A stretch of 64,000 nucleotides of DNA, taken from contig MU058289.1 of NCBI GenBank assembly GCA_013265495.1, positions 1,795,451-1,859,450 of the forward strand, given 5' to 3'. Below the pieces are notes generated by a model. The model saw nothing but the letters and a program-made list of their open reading frames with translations, was not told where the DNA came from and ran no database searches. How positions within the stretch are numbered: position 1 is the first letter of the stretch; each line of letters opens with the position of its first letter. The position numbers and the translations under genes are program-made. The DNA comes from Vicugna vicugna (Eukaryota). Shown here piece after piece: positions 1 to 11,710 of the stretch.

Positions 1-1035
1 TTTGGTAACCTGAGTTACAAGACAATGAAGAGGTGGAAATGCACACATATAGTGCAGTGAAAGCAGAATTAACATAGCAACTGAAAGCCCCATGAGGCTT
101 CTTCTTGGACGTGAGACCTCGTGGAAACCCTCATCCCCTGCTGCACACACATGGGCTTCACCCTGCTGGCTGCCCACCAGCCACCCTGCTGTCCTCCGGC
201 CTCCTCCGGGCGGAGGGCCACACGTTGGTGCTCTAGCTCCCTAAATCTGTGACATGTCCCTTAGGGCAAAATCTTGCCCACCTCCTGTTGCCCCAGCAGT
301 ACAGAGTCCAGACACCATGGACTCTTGGGAAGCCTCTGCTAATTGATTAGTAGTTTCTCCATACATTCAAAAATATCATCCTTTGCTTGATTCTAAAGGT
401 AATGCATGTTGACGGCAGACAATTTGGACAATACAAAGCTGCTGAACTGCTTAGAAGTGACTGTTTCAGCTTGTTTAGGCCAAATATATACCGCCTGCCC
501 TCCTGAAACCCACCTTCACAATGCTCTAGTTGATTTTACACTTTGATTTCTGAACTTTGGCTTCCTTACATTGTGATGGTTCTTGTAAAATTTACTTTTA
601 ATGGACTTTTTTTGGGGGAGAGATGAGGGAAGCACTCTAAACTTTGTGGTATTCCTTTGCAGTAACACTATGCAGGTATAAAATCCTAGCAGGTTGATTT
701 ACCCAAAGTGGGAATGCTCCCCTCCTTCCTGGTAGGGGGTCTGGGATGCTACAACACCAGGTGAGATTAAGTTGGTACACACAAGGCATATAAGTGAGCA
801 TGACTCACACTCATGAGAATGATTCATGTTGCCCACAGTGGTACTGCTAAGCTCGGATGCAGGGGCATGCGGATGTGTGCAGACAGTTACAGGTGTCCCA
901 GCTCCAAGAGGCGGGATGATCAGCTGAGGGCTCGCAGCAAACCATATACAAATCCGTGGCTGGTAAATCTGCTCATAAGATGCAGGCAGCACCTGTTTTT
1001 TCCTGTTGGTCTTTTGCTGGAATAGACCAAATGAT

Positions 1036-1314
1036 TTTTTTTTTTTTGCTTTCTTTCTCACTGAAGTATAGTCAGTTATAATGTGCCAATTTCTGGTTAC
1101 AGCATAATGTTTCAGTCATACATATACATACATTCGCTTTCATATTCTTTTTCGTTATAGGTTACCACAAGATATTGAACATAGTTCCCTGTGCTATACA
1201 GTATAAAATTGTTTATCTATTTTATACATAGTAGTTAGTATCTGCAAACCTCAAACTCCCAATTTATCCCTTCCCACCCCCTTTATCCCTGGTAACCGTA
1301 AGTTTGTTCTCTAT
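1036..1314 (-). mobile_element. Camelid-type L1 3' end fragment (5'-truncated) with 13-bp TSD
   Basis: T-tract followed by L1 3'UTR (gaagtatagtcagtt...atagttccctgtgctataca...ctggtaacc); perfect TSD tagaccaaatgat at 1023-1035 and 1315-1327. Confidence 0.9.
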
Positions 1315-2193
1315 TAGACCAAATGATCTTGAAGCCTAAATTTAACTAACGAGTCCCTTTGAAACAACTTTAATGCATGTTTATGTTTCCAAATTTGGTG
1401 ATTTTGGGGGTCTACTCTGAAAAGAAATTGTTTGATGTTTTCTTAAGGGTGAGGACATAGTCATCATTCTAAATGTATCTGTTGAGCACTTCCCAAGTGC
1501 CAGGTTGTCTAACAGACACAGAAGGATTCAATCTTATCTTTGAGGTGCTCCCACGTTCTGGTGGGAGACTGAAGGTGAGCACCACCCCTGCAGGGGGATG
1601 TGAGCTGGGACAGGGTCGGTCCACCAGGAAAGCAGGAGTTAGTCAGACAGGGAGCATACTGGGGCAGGGGCAGGGTGGCCAGAGGAGTATTTCCAGCAAA
1701 GGAGGGAGATCAGGTGATGCCTGCGGCCAGACAGAAGCATGTACCGCAGCTGCTGGGTGGAGGTTGAAAGGGAGCGGCTCAAAGACTTCTTGGGGTGGCC
1801 TGCGGTATGTTACATTTTCTTTTGAAATTAGCTGCCAAAATCTAAATACTGAGAGGCTTCACATTCAAAACCAAACCAAGCCAAACCTGGATTCTGGGGT
1901 TTTCTAAAAAATCTGGCGTCTGCATTCCCACCTGACAGCAGTCCTGGCCCCCAAGGCATCTGAGCCTGGAGCTGTGGTGTGATGAGTAGCGGGGTGAGGG
2001 TTTGGGCCTTGTTGAGGCAGTGAGCACTGTGTCCTGCAGGCAGCAGAAAGCCATTGAAGGGCTGGAGCGTGGAGCAACCTAGGCAGGTTTGCCTTCTAGA
2101 ATAGTCTCTGGTTATAGCCTGCAGGTTGGATTTAATGGGGCCGGAGAAGAGGCCATTCACAGTAGTTCATTGGAAGGGTGATGGGGAGATTTA

Positions 2194-2600
2194 TGATGGG
2201 TGAATAATGACCCCAGAAGATACCAAAATTTAACCCCTGGAACCTATGAACATCACCTTATGGGGGGGAAAAAGACTTTGTAGGCATGATTGGAGAGTTT
2301 TGAGATGGGGAGATTATCCTCGATTACCTAGGTGGGCCCAAAGTGCAGTCACGTGTATTTTGTGGGAGGCAGGGGGAGATTTGACACAGACAGAAGAGGA
2401 GAAGGCAGTGACCATGGCAGCAAAGGCAGGAGGGATGCGGCCACAGACTAAGGGATGCCAGCGCCCCGAGAAGAGGCACCACAGAGCAGATTCTCCTCAG
2501 GAGCCTCGCGAAGGGGTGTGGCCCTGCTGACCCTTGACTTTAGCCCAGGGGTCCTGATTTCTAATTTCCACTCTGAAACTGTGAGAGAATGAGGCATCTT
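2194..2600 (+). mobile_element. MaLR LTR (MLT1C/D-like) solo LTR
   Basis: Typical MLT1 motifs: aataatgacccc, ttgagatggggagattatcct, gattctcct..gagcct, ccttgactttagccca; subfamily from recall. Confidence 0.75.
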
Positions 2601-2817
2601 GTCCCCAGGCTGGGTCCTGCTGGAAGCAAGCCTGAGACTCAGCTTGAGATGCAGGAGCAGGCCTAGGAAGCAGAGGGAGGGCCCAGGGGATGCGATGGAG
2701 CTGTGACTGCAGTGGGCAGAGAAACCACGTGGAATGCTCCTCCGAACTGTCCCGCAGAAGGACACGGAGCTGGGGCTTCTCTCCACTGGCTTTCATCTCC
2801 CAGTGGTTGCTGGTTAC

Positions 2818-3506
2818 CTGGATTAGGTTTTCCAGAGAAACAGAACCAATGGGCTATATAAATATTCATAATATTTAATATAAGTATATTAAATATTCAT
2901 TATAATAAATCTCTCTGTATGTAAGTCTCTCTCTTTATATATATTTGTTACATGTAACTAAATTAAATATATATATATAAAAAGAGAGAGGCTTATTTTA
3001 TAATAAACTGGCTCATGTGCATTTGAAAAGGATGTGAATTCTGGGTTTTTTTGAATGTTATGTCCTGAAAATATCAATTAAGTCTAACTGTTCTCTTGCA
3101 TAAACTGGCTCATGTGATCACAGAGATCTGCAGCCCAAGATCTGCAGCCAGCCAGCGGGAGCCTGGGAGAATCAGTTGGGTAGAAGACCACTGAAGGCCA
3201 GCAGGCTCGAGACCCAGGAAGGGCTGATGTTTTAATTCAAGTCCAAAAGCAGGAAGAAAAACGATGTTCCCAACTCAAGCAGGCAGGAGGAATTTCCTTT
3301 GGGGGTTCAGCCTTTTTCGTTGTATTCAGACCTTCAACAAACTGGGTGAGGGTTGCCCACACTGGGGAGGGCAGGCTGCTTGACTCTACCGAGTCAAGTG
3401 TTTGTCTCATCCAAAAACACCCTCACAGACACACCCGGAATGCTATTTGACCAAATATCTGGGCACTCCACGGTCCAGTCAAGTTGACACACAGAATTCA
3501 CCATCA
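2818..3506 (-). mobile_element. ERVL MLT2-type LTR, interrupted at 3020-3099
   Basis: ttctccagagaaacagaaccaat-like start, cccacactggggagggca, ctcatccaaaaacaccctcacagacacaccc, cagtcaagttgacaca end. Confidence 0.8.
3020..3099 (-). mobile_element. 80-bp internal L1 ORF2 endonuclease-domain fragment, no poly(A), flanked by 17-bp direct repeat
   Basis: Reverse complement reads EQLDLIDIFRT*HSKK then frameshift PEFTSFSNAH, matching the L1 EN motif DLIDIYRTLHP..EYTFFS.AHG (the homologous motif is also in ORF 60393..60587); ataaactggctcatgtg at 3003-3019 and 3100-3116. Confidence 0.8.
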
Positions 3507-4029
3507 TGTTGACTCTGGGGTATTAATCCCTCTACCCTCTGCTGAGTGGCCTCCTGTGGCCACTGAAAAGTCTGATGGATGCTGAGAGATGCCTTTCAGA
3601 GGGGACCCAGGCTTTGTACAGGGGACCATTCGTGATTGCTGTGCCAGACTCAGGTGTGCTGGGGCGGGAGGGTGCGGCTGGGACACACAAAGCGTCTTCC
3701 CCAGGTTCCTGAGCTTCTGTCTTGGGCAAGGGTGGGAGTAGCAAGGGTGTGGGGCGATGCTAAGTCTAGGCAGCAGTGGGTCGGGTTGGCACGTGCTGGG
3801 ACATGCAGGCATGTTGACCTGGGGCATGGCTGAGGCTCTGCACCCTGGAGTGGGTGAGGTGGCACTTGTGGTCTTGGTGAGACCAGCTTCAGAGGAGCAA
3901 AAGGGCAGAGTCTAACCGCAGTGGTGGGAGTGGAGATGGTGTGGTGGAGGCATAGCCGAGGACAGTCCTTTCGAGGAGACCCATAGGACAGAGGCTGAGG
4001 AGAGTTGGCATAAACGGAGGACTTAAACA

Positions 4030-4253
4030 TTTTTTTTTTTTACTTTTCTTTTTACTTGAAGTATATTTGATTTACAATGTGTTAGTCTCTGGTGTACAGC
4101 ATAGTGATTCAGTTATACATATATACATTCTTTTTCAGATTCTTTTCCATTATAGGTTATTACAAGAAATTGAATATAGTTCCCTGTGCTTACAGTAGGA
4201 TCTTGTTGTTTGTCTGTTTTATATATAGTAGTGTGTATCTGTTAATCCCAACT
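4030..4253 (-). mobile_element. L1 3' end fragment with degenerate TSD
   Basis: T-tract then ttgaagtatatttgatttacaatgt...atagttccctgtgct; ggaggactt flanks both sides (about 4016-4024 and 4257-4265). Confidence 0.85.
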
Positions 4254-4284
4254 AAGGGAGGACTTTAAAAAAAAGGGTTATTCT

Positions 4285-4960
4285 GTCAGTCAGTCAACAA
4301 GCATTATTGAGCACCTAATCTATGATAGTCCCTGAGAACATGGCCATTATCAGCACACACTAAGCTTCTGCCCTCAGAGAGTCAACATGTAATAAAAAAT
4401 ATAATAACTTCAGATGCTGTAAACACAGAACAAAAATAATTTCAGATACAGATAAGAAGCAGGAAGAAATAAATCAGGGTGATGTGAAGGCGAGTGACAG
4501 GGCTACTTCAGCTGGACTAGTTAGGGAAGGCCTCTCTGAGGAGGTGACAACTGTGGTGACTGTGGGGGATGAGAAGGACCTCATAGAATACATTACCTGC
4601 AAACTGATGCTAGGCAATTATCAAGTTTCTGGCAGAGAAATGGGGGAGGGTGTGCCAGTGCAAAGGCCCTCGGGTGAGTGTTCAAAGAAGAAGGGGATAA
4701 GTTGCATGCCTGGAAGGGATGAGACCAGGAGGCTGCTGGGTTGCACCACGCAGGGCACTGTAAACCACAGGGCGGGGGCTGAAGGTGAATTTAGTTGCTC
4801 CAACAGCTTCGGAAGCAGGACACGATCTGATTTAAGTATTTCAAAGGTCAGACTGACTTTCATGGGGAGAATGGACTCAAAGAAGGCAAGAGTTGAAGGC
4901 AGGAAAGCTAGTGAGGAGGCCCTGTGGTTGTCCAAGCTGGGGATGGTGGGACAGATTTGG
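4285..4960 (-). mobile_element. L2 fragments
   Basis: caacaagcattattgagcacct; agggaaggcctctctgaggaggtgaca; tgcaaaggccct. Confidence 0.6.
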
Positions 4961-5220
4961 GCATTGCAGGGACAGGCCTGTCTGGGTGTTCTAGGATAAA
5001 AATGATACACAGAAGGATGAAATTACCATTTCTATGGTAATCGTGCTGCAGTGGTGATGTAATGTGTTGTATTAAATAAAGAAGAAACTTGATAATTGCC
5101 TGGCATCAGTTTGCAGGTAATGTATTCTATGAGGTGTATGTTGTTAGCAGGATTAGACTTGTTTAGGAGGACTCCATCAATTAATGAGCTCTTGCAACTG
5201 GGTCATGGAAAGCATACCTT

Positions 5221-5646
5221 TTTTTTTTTTAATTGAAGTATAGTTCCTATACAATAATATATGTTACAGGTGTACAATATAGTGAGTCACAATTTTTAAG
5301 GTTATACTCCATTTATAGTTACTATAAAATATTGGCTATGTTCCCCCTGGGTTGTACAATATATCCTTATAGCTTATTTTATACCTAATAGTTTGTACTC
5401 CTTACTCCCTCCCCTCTTCCCTTCCCTCTCCCCACTGGTAACCATTAGTTCTCAGTATCCATGAGTCTGCTTCTTTTTTGTTATAATCACTAGTTTGTTG
5501 TATTTTTTTAGAATCCACATATGTGATATCATTCAATATTTGTCTTTGTCTGATTTATTTCACTTTGCATAATACCCTCCAAGTCCACCCATGTTGCTGC
5601 AAATGGCAAAATTTCATTCTTTTTTATGGCTGAGTAACATTCCATT

Positions 5647-5683
<37 letters not shown>

Positions 5684-6556
5684 ACATACCCCACATCTTC
5701 TTTCTTTTTTTCTTTATTTTTTTATCAAAGTATAGTCTATTCACAATGTACTAATTTTTGGTATACAGCATACTGATTCATATATATATATATTTATTTA
5801 TATTCCTTTTCATATTCTTTTTCGTTACAGGCCATTACAATGTATTGAATATAGTTCCCTGTGCTATACAATAGGACCTTGTTGTTTATCTATTTTATAT
5901 ACAGTAGTTAGTATCTGCAGATTTCAAACTCCCAATTTATCCTTCCCCACTGGTAACCATAAGTTTGTTCTCTATGTCTGTGAGTCTGTCTGTTTTGTAA
6001 ATATGTTCATTTATGTCTTTTTTTTTTTTGATTCCATAGATAAACGATATCATATGGTATTTTTCTTTCTTTTTCTGGCTTACTTTACTTAGTATGACAA
6101 TCTCCAGGTCCATCCATGTTGCTGCAAATGGCATTATTTTATTCTTATGGCTGAGTAGTATTCCATTGTATGTATATACTACAACTTCTTTTTTTTGTAT
6201 GTATATATATATGTATATTTTGTATATATATATTTTGTATATATATATATTTTATTGAAGTCTAGTCAGTTTACAATGCTGTGTCAATTTCTGGTGTACA
6301 GCATAATGCTTCAGTCGTACATGAACAAACGTATATTCATTTTCATATGTATACTACAACTTCTTTATCCAACTATCTGTCGATGGATATTTAGGTTGCT
6401 TTTATATCTTGGCTATTGTAAATAGTCCTGCTATGAACACTGAAGTGCATGTATCTTTTCAAATGGGGGTTTTTGGTTTTTTTGGATATATACCCAGGAG
6501 TGGAATTGCTAGTCATAAGGTAGTTCTATTTTTAGTTTTCTGAGAAACTTCCATAC
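5221..6556 (-). mobile_element. Three nested L1 3' ends (outer 5221-6556, second from ~5701, third 6192-6349)
   Basis: Three successive T-tract + aagtatagt/aagtctagt 3' termini; outer TSD tggaaagcatacctt (5206-5220)/tggaaaacgtatctt (6557-6571); inner perfect TSD tatactacaacttcttt (6175-6191, 6350-6366). Confidence 0.85.
5651..5681. repeat. (TG)n microsatellite within L1 3'UTR
   Basis: About 15 uninterrupted TG units. Confidence 0.95.
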
Positions 6557-9500
6557 TGGAAAACGTATCTTTACTAGAGGTAGACTTTTCATAAATCCAC
6601 CTGTGACTGGAATGGCGCTTTCAGAGTGCGAGTGCTTCTCAGGGCAGGAGCAGAAGGCCTGCTTTGGGAGAAGACTTGCTCCTGGAGACAGTTAGTCCCT
6701 GTTGCCCCGACCCTCACCGCAGCTTTGGAGGGCGTATGTAAAATGGCTCGGGGGAAGGTGGCCGGTGGGGAAGGTGGCGGGCTGCTTGCCGGCAAGAGTG
6801 TCTGCTCACCTTACACCCACAGGTGGAGAGGAGGGTTGGAAAGTCAGGGTGCAGAGCTGAGTTTTGGGAAGGGTCTGGCTGGGGACCCGCTGCCCAGAAT
6901 GGGTGAGGTTCTTGTGCCAGACCCTAGCGACCTCAAGAAAGCTTTTTGGAGGAATGTATCATTTCTTTTCTGGCTTTGGGGGGCAGTGTGCATTGACTTA
7001 AGTTCAGCATAGGTAGAAGAGGCCAGGTCGCCTCTCCTTGCCTGACTCTGGACCACTGATGGCAGGTGTCCTGCTGTCTGGAGCAAGTGACGGACTTAGT
7101 CAAACTGAGGAAAAGTCCCGGCTCTACCCTTGTGAGCCACAGAATGTGCCGGCCAGTCTCCACTACCACACGCAGGGTGAGCAGACCTTCCTTTTCCCAG
7201 ATGGCTTTTCCCAGCAGGTGTAGGAGGCCCCTGCTCCCCAGTCACCAGCAGGGTGGGCACAGAGCTAGTGTTTGCAGGGCCACAGTGGGGGTGCATCTCA
7301 GACCTGAGAGCTGATGCGAGCTCCCCTACTTTGCTGTCCTTCAGCAAGACACAAGGACCTGGCCAACCCCCCAGTGTCAGCTCTCCAGGGTCCCCACTCC
7401 GTTTGCTGCCTTTGCTTTCTTGGTGATCATTTTTAGCAAGTAGACCCTCCTTTTAATATATTCAGCAGACATCTGACAATTGTGATAACCCTGATGGGTG
7501 GTGAGCAGGGCAAATTAGCTAAAAGATGATTGATTTTTTTTATGCGCAATTTTATCTTCAACCTTTCCTAGCGACGTGCTCTCCCTGAGTAATAATTTCT
7601 TCTCCCAGGTATTTGCCAGTATCGAGATTGCACATCTATTTACGGTTGCCTGGGAGCCCCATAATTACAATACAGTCCAAGTGCCCATTTTCTTTCCTTG
7701 ACTACAAATAGGGATCAATCGAATTTTAAATGACCGCTCCGGGGCTGGCTCCCGATCGTGACCTTTGTAAATGATTAGAGCTCACCACTGTTGCTCTGTC
7801 TGCCCAGAAAGAGTGAACGGGCAGAGCTTTCTAACTGGCATTTCATCTGGATGTAGGCCAAAGATATTCCAGGTGAAAACCAGCCACGAGCTGCTGTTGG
7901 AGAAAGGGCTCGTGGACTTTCTCTCCACCCCAAGGACACTTCCGGTGTGTCCCCCACACCCTCTTTCCTTTGCCTAAGTCCTGGGTTCTGAGGGTGTCTA
8001 TGGATGGAGCTGCGCTCAGACCCTTGTGGGCAGAATTCTGAACATCCTCTGAAGCTTTAGACCTGCAGATAAAAATTACTTGCCAGAAAGAAATTTCTCT
8101 CTTCTTCTTTTTTCAATCACTGAGTTTGATCCCTGCGCTAAGCTTTAGTTTGTGAAGCCTGAGAAAGTTCAGTGTAAACAGTTCTCACTGAAAGAAGCTG
8201 GGTCCAGGCTTTGCCTTGAGCTCCCATTTAACACCCTTGTCATCCTCAGGGCTGGGGTTTCTGATTCAGGCTGGAGCCAGCTGCAGTGTGTTTGAGCCCG
8301 AGGTCCCTGGTGGTGCTGGAAGGCTGGCTGAAGCCCAGTGGCAGAGGCCTGGGCCTCCTGAATTTCCAGGGTCAGGGGTCAGGAAGGCTGTCTCCCACCC
8401 ACCTCCCTTTATGGCAATAAAGGGGCCACGGGTAGGGCGAGAGAACCTCCTGTGTTCGGCTGCCAGCCCCCACCTCAGTTTCTTGAACGGCTGCTGTTAG
8501 GAGTGATAGACTAACTTTGTCTGTGGTCAGGTGTGTCTGTGTCACTGAAATACACTCTCGTGGCCTTTGCCTTTCCAGAGTCTTATTCTGTGCATTAGCA
8601 ACATGCCTCCCTCTGGGCGGTGGTCTTCGGGCTGTCTGCTACTAGCACTGCCTTGGGTTTCTTTGAGAACCCACTGGTTCTCTCTACACCCTCCCTTCCC
8701 TCTGCATCCAGGTCAGCTTCCCTGGGACTGACCCTCCTCAGCTCCTGTGTATCATCTGCTACCCAAACAATGCCCCCCATCATTGCATCATCACCCCCGC
8801 ACCTCAGCTGGTCATCTATGTCCAGCCTCCCTGAGCTGGCTCTGTGCCAGCTTTCCTGAGTGCTCCAGGCAGCAGGGCCGGCACCTGCTCAGGATGGAGA
8901 CAGTGGTTACCCTGTCCCGGCCTGAGCACCTGAGTGTATCTTTATAGACCCTGCAGCTCCTCCTTGCACCAGTCCCCAGAGAAAGCCTGTCTCCTCTACC
9001 AACCCATGAGAGTTCTCTTTCGCTCCTGGACACCTGAGGTCCCAGGAATAGAGGAGGATACCTGGGGAGGGGATAAGCTGAGGTGTGCCGGCAAACCAAG
9101 CTTGATCACCTGGTCAGCCTGCTTGCATCTCTCCGCGGCACAGCTGCTCAGGGAATTCTTCTAAAAGCACCAATGATCCTACAGGAGAAAGCCATTGCCA
9201 AGACTTAATGATCAAAAATCACATGAAAAGTCTCAGAAGTCTCTGGAAGGGGCATGTGAAGGCTGTGTTCCCCTACAGGTCACAAGTACACATGCGTTCC
9301 CGGGAACTTACACTTTGGAGGACAACTTTCTCTCTTTCCCATAGATGCAGAAATGAGCTGGCTTAGCTGAGGCAGAGGCAGAGGCAAAGGACTGAATAGC
9401 ACCAGTAGCCTGCAGCCCTTGAAAGGCCACGAGGTGAACTCACCTGAGCTCTTTCTCCAGGTAAGGAGGTGAGCACCTGCCTGTGTGAATGGCCACGATT

Positions 9501-10846
9501 TCTTCTGTCTCGTGCCTAAGCGTTTCTTTCTAGCTGGCCTTTGAAATGCACAGAAAACCAAGCATCATGTGTCTCCTTGGTCTGTCCCTTTATTTATAGA
9601 ACAAGAGTGTCATCTCACAGGATGGGGCTGAAGTCAGTGGGCTTTCCCAGTTGTCATCTTTGAGTTCTAATGTGTACATTCTAGCTGGCCCCCGTAATGT
9701 GCGCACAGTGTATTTCAAGATATTTGTGTTATGGTACATCTAAGGATTATAGTTTGAAGCCATTGCTTTAATTCCCAAATACTGTGTCAGTCTGGAAGCG
9801 TAAGATGTGTTTTGTGTGTAGTCAGGATGGGCTGTAAAATGTGTCCTTGGGCTCAGCAGCAGATCTGAGCCTGGAGGCAAAATCCATGGGACTGCCATCC
9901 TGGAGCCCTTGACATCATCAGGCATTAGTCCCATGCCCATTTGGGACGGTAAAGCATCTTTGCTGTGGAAGATGCCCCCACCTCTTTATCTGTGGTTACC
10001 TTTTGTTCACTCCCTGAAGAGCAGTGACTTTGCTGATTTCAGTTTAGTTTATTTTCCCACTGTTAACATGTGTACATGTAAGTGTTTTCAAAGATGCTTA
10101 CATTAGTGTCATGTTTTGCAGAGAATGTATAACAGTAGGATTTAGGTGAGAATCTTCAGTGCAAAATCCATTGCTCCTGGTGGTGCAGGAAGTGCACGGT
10201 CGTCGCAGTGAGGTATGATAATTGATCCCACCACAGGCAAGTCGTATCTCTTGAATTTCACCTTTGTCCTGGCACATAATATTATTAGTAATTATTCTGA
10301 TTAGAATAATGGCCTGCATTTTAAAAGTGTATGATTTGCACTTTTAAAGTCCCTGTTTAACCTTCATTGGAATGTTACTTTTGCCAAGTTCTGCTGATCC
10401 CACAGACCTCCAGGGAACCTGAGTGAAGAGACAGGAGTCTGCCTGTGGGCAGGGACATCCATGAGGAACCTGTGTCTGTAAATGATGAATGTTTGATTGT
10501 GGGGTTGGGTAGTTTTCTAAGTTCTTTTCTGAATCTGTATGTTAAGAAATTCAGAAAAAAGCAGTGCCCATGTGCCCCTAAGAGTCTGGAATAACTGACT
10601 TGTGTAGTCAGGTAAATATAGTATCACGTGCAGACCTACTGGCAAGAGCAAAACCAGCAAAGAAGATAGCTTTCATGAATGAAAATTTAGCTGAAGTGGG
10701 TGGAGCAAACAGCCACATCTTCTAACGTGTGTTCCAGGAGACAGCCATGCAGAAGCAATAGATGAAAGGCGGCTACAGGAGAAAAGGCTCCATCGTCAAG
10801 GCAGTTTGGGAGGTGCTAGGTCAAACCTTGTGAAACAGGTTTCTTT

Positions 10847-10976
10847 TCATATTTTTTTTTTCGTTTTTTTCTTTAGTGAAAGCTTTTTTTTTTTTTAACG
10901 GTATTACTGCAGATTGAACCCAGGACCTCATGCATGCTAAGCATGTGCTCTACCACTGATCTATATTCACCTCCCC
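10847..10976 (-). mobile_element. tRNA-Ala-derived camelid SINE (Vic-1-like) with 16-bp TSD
   Basis: Reverse complement ggggaggtgaatatagatcagtggtagagcacatgcttagcatgcatgaggtcctgggttcaat..., A-rich tail; TSD tgaaacaggtttcttt at 10831-10846 and 10977-10992. Confidence 0.9.
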
Positions 10977-11049
10977 TGAAACAGGTTTCTTTACCAGCTT
11001 GCACCCTGTATCTCCAAGAGAGGGGCATGATCTCCCCCTGCCATCCCAG

Positions 11050-11710
11050 CTCAGGCCTCCATCCCCGCTCACCTGGACCAGTGTGACATTTTCCACCTGG
11101 CGCCGTGTCGTTCTTTTGTCCTCCAGAAACTGTTTTCCACACACAGCCAGAGGGGCTTTTTAAAAGATGATTTGGCATGTCACACCCCGACCTAAACCCT
11201 CTAATCGTTTCCCACTGCGCTCGGAATAGACTTCGGCTGTCATCGTGGCCCCAGGCCTGCCTGCCCTTGCCCTGCCTCTGCTCTTCACCTCTCCTGTTCT
11301 AATCTCCTCCTTCCCAAAGGCTTCAGCCAGCCTAGCCTCTTCAGTCCTTGGAACTTCTCAAGCCCTTTCCTGCCTCAGGGCCTTTGCACTTGCTGTTTCC
11401 CTGCCTGGAAACTTCTGATGATCTTGATTAGCTTCTCCCTGTCATTCAGGTCGCAGCTCAAAAGCACCTGGTGAAAGGTGCGTTTCCCCATCACCAGCTC
11501 TACCCCAGCTTTATATACCACTAACATGTATTATTTTCTTTACAGTCCTCATTGTTCTTTGAAGTTACTTTGTTTATGATCTCTCCTTGCCTGAATGTGA
11601 ATCTCATGAGGACAGATTGCTATCTCGGTCTATCCCATTCACAGTGACCCCTTATGTTTGGGACCATGCTTGCTACTTGGAGGAGTCTCTATAAATGCTT
11701 GTTGAGTAGC
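11050..11710 (+). mobile_element. L2 3' region
   Basis: cctgcctcagggcctttgcacttgctgtttccctgcctgga; gaatgtgaatctcatgaggacag; ataaatgcttgttga. Confidence 0.75.
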
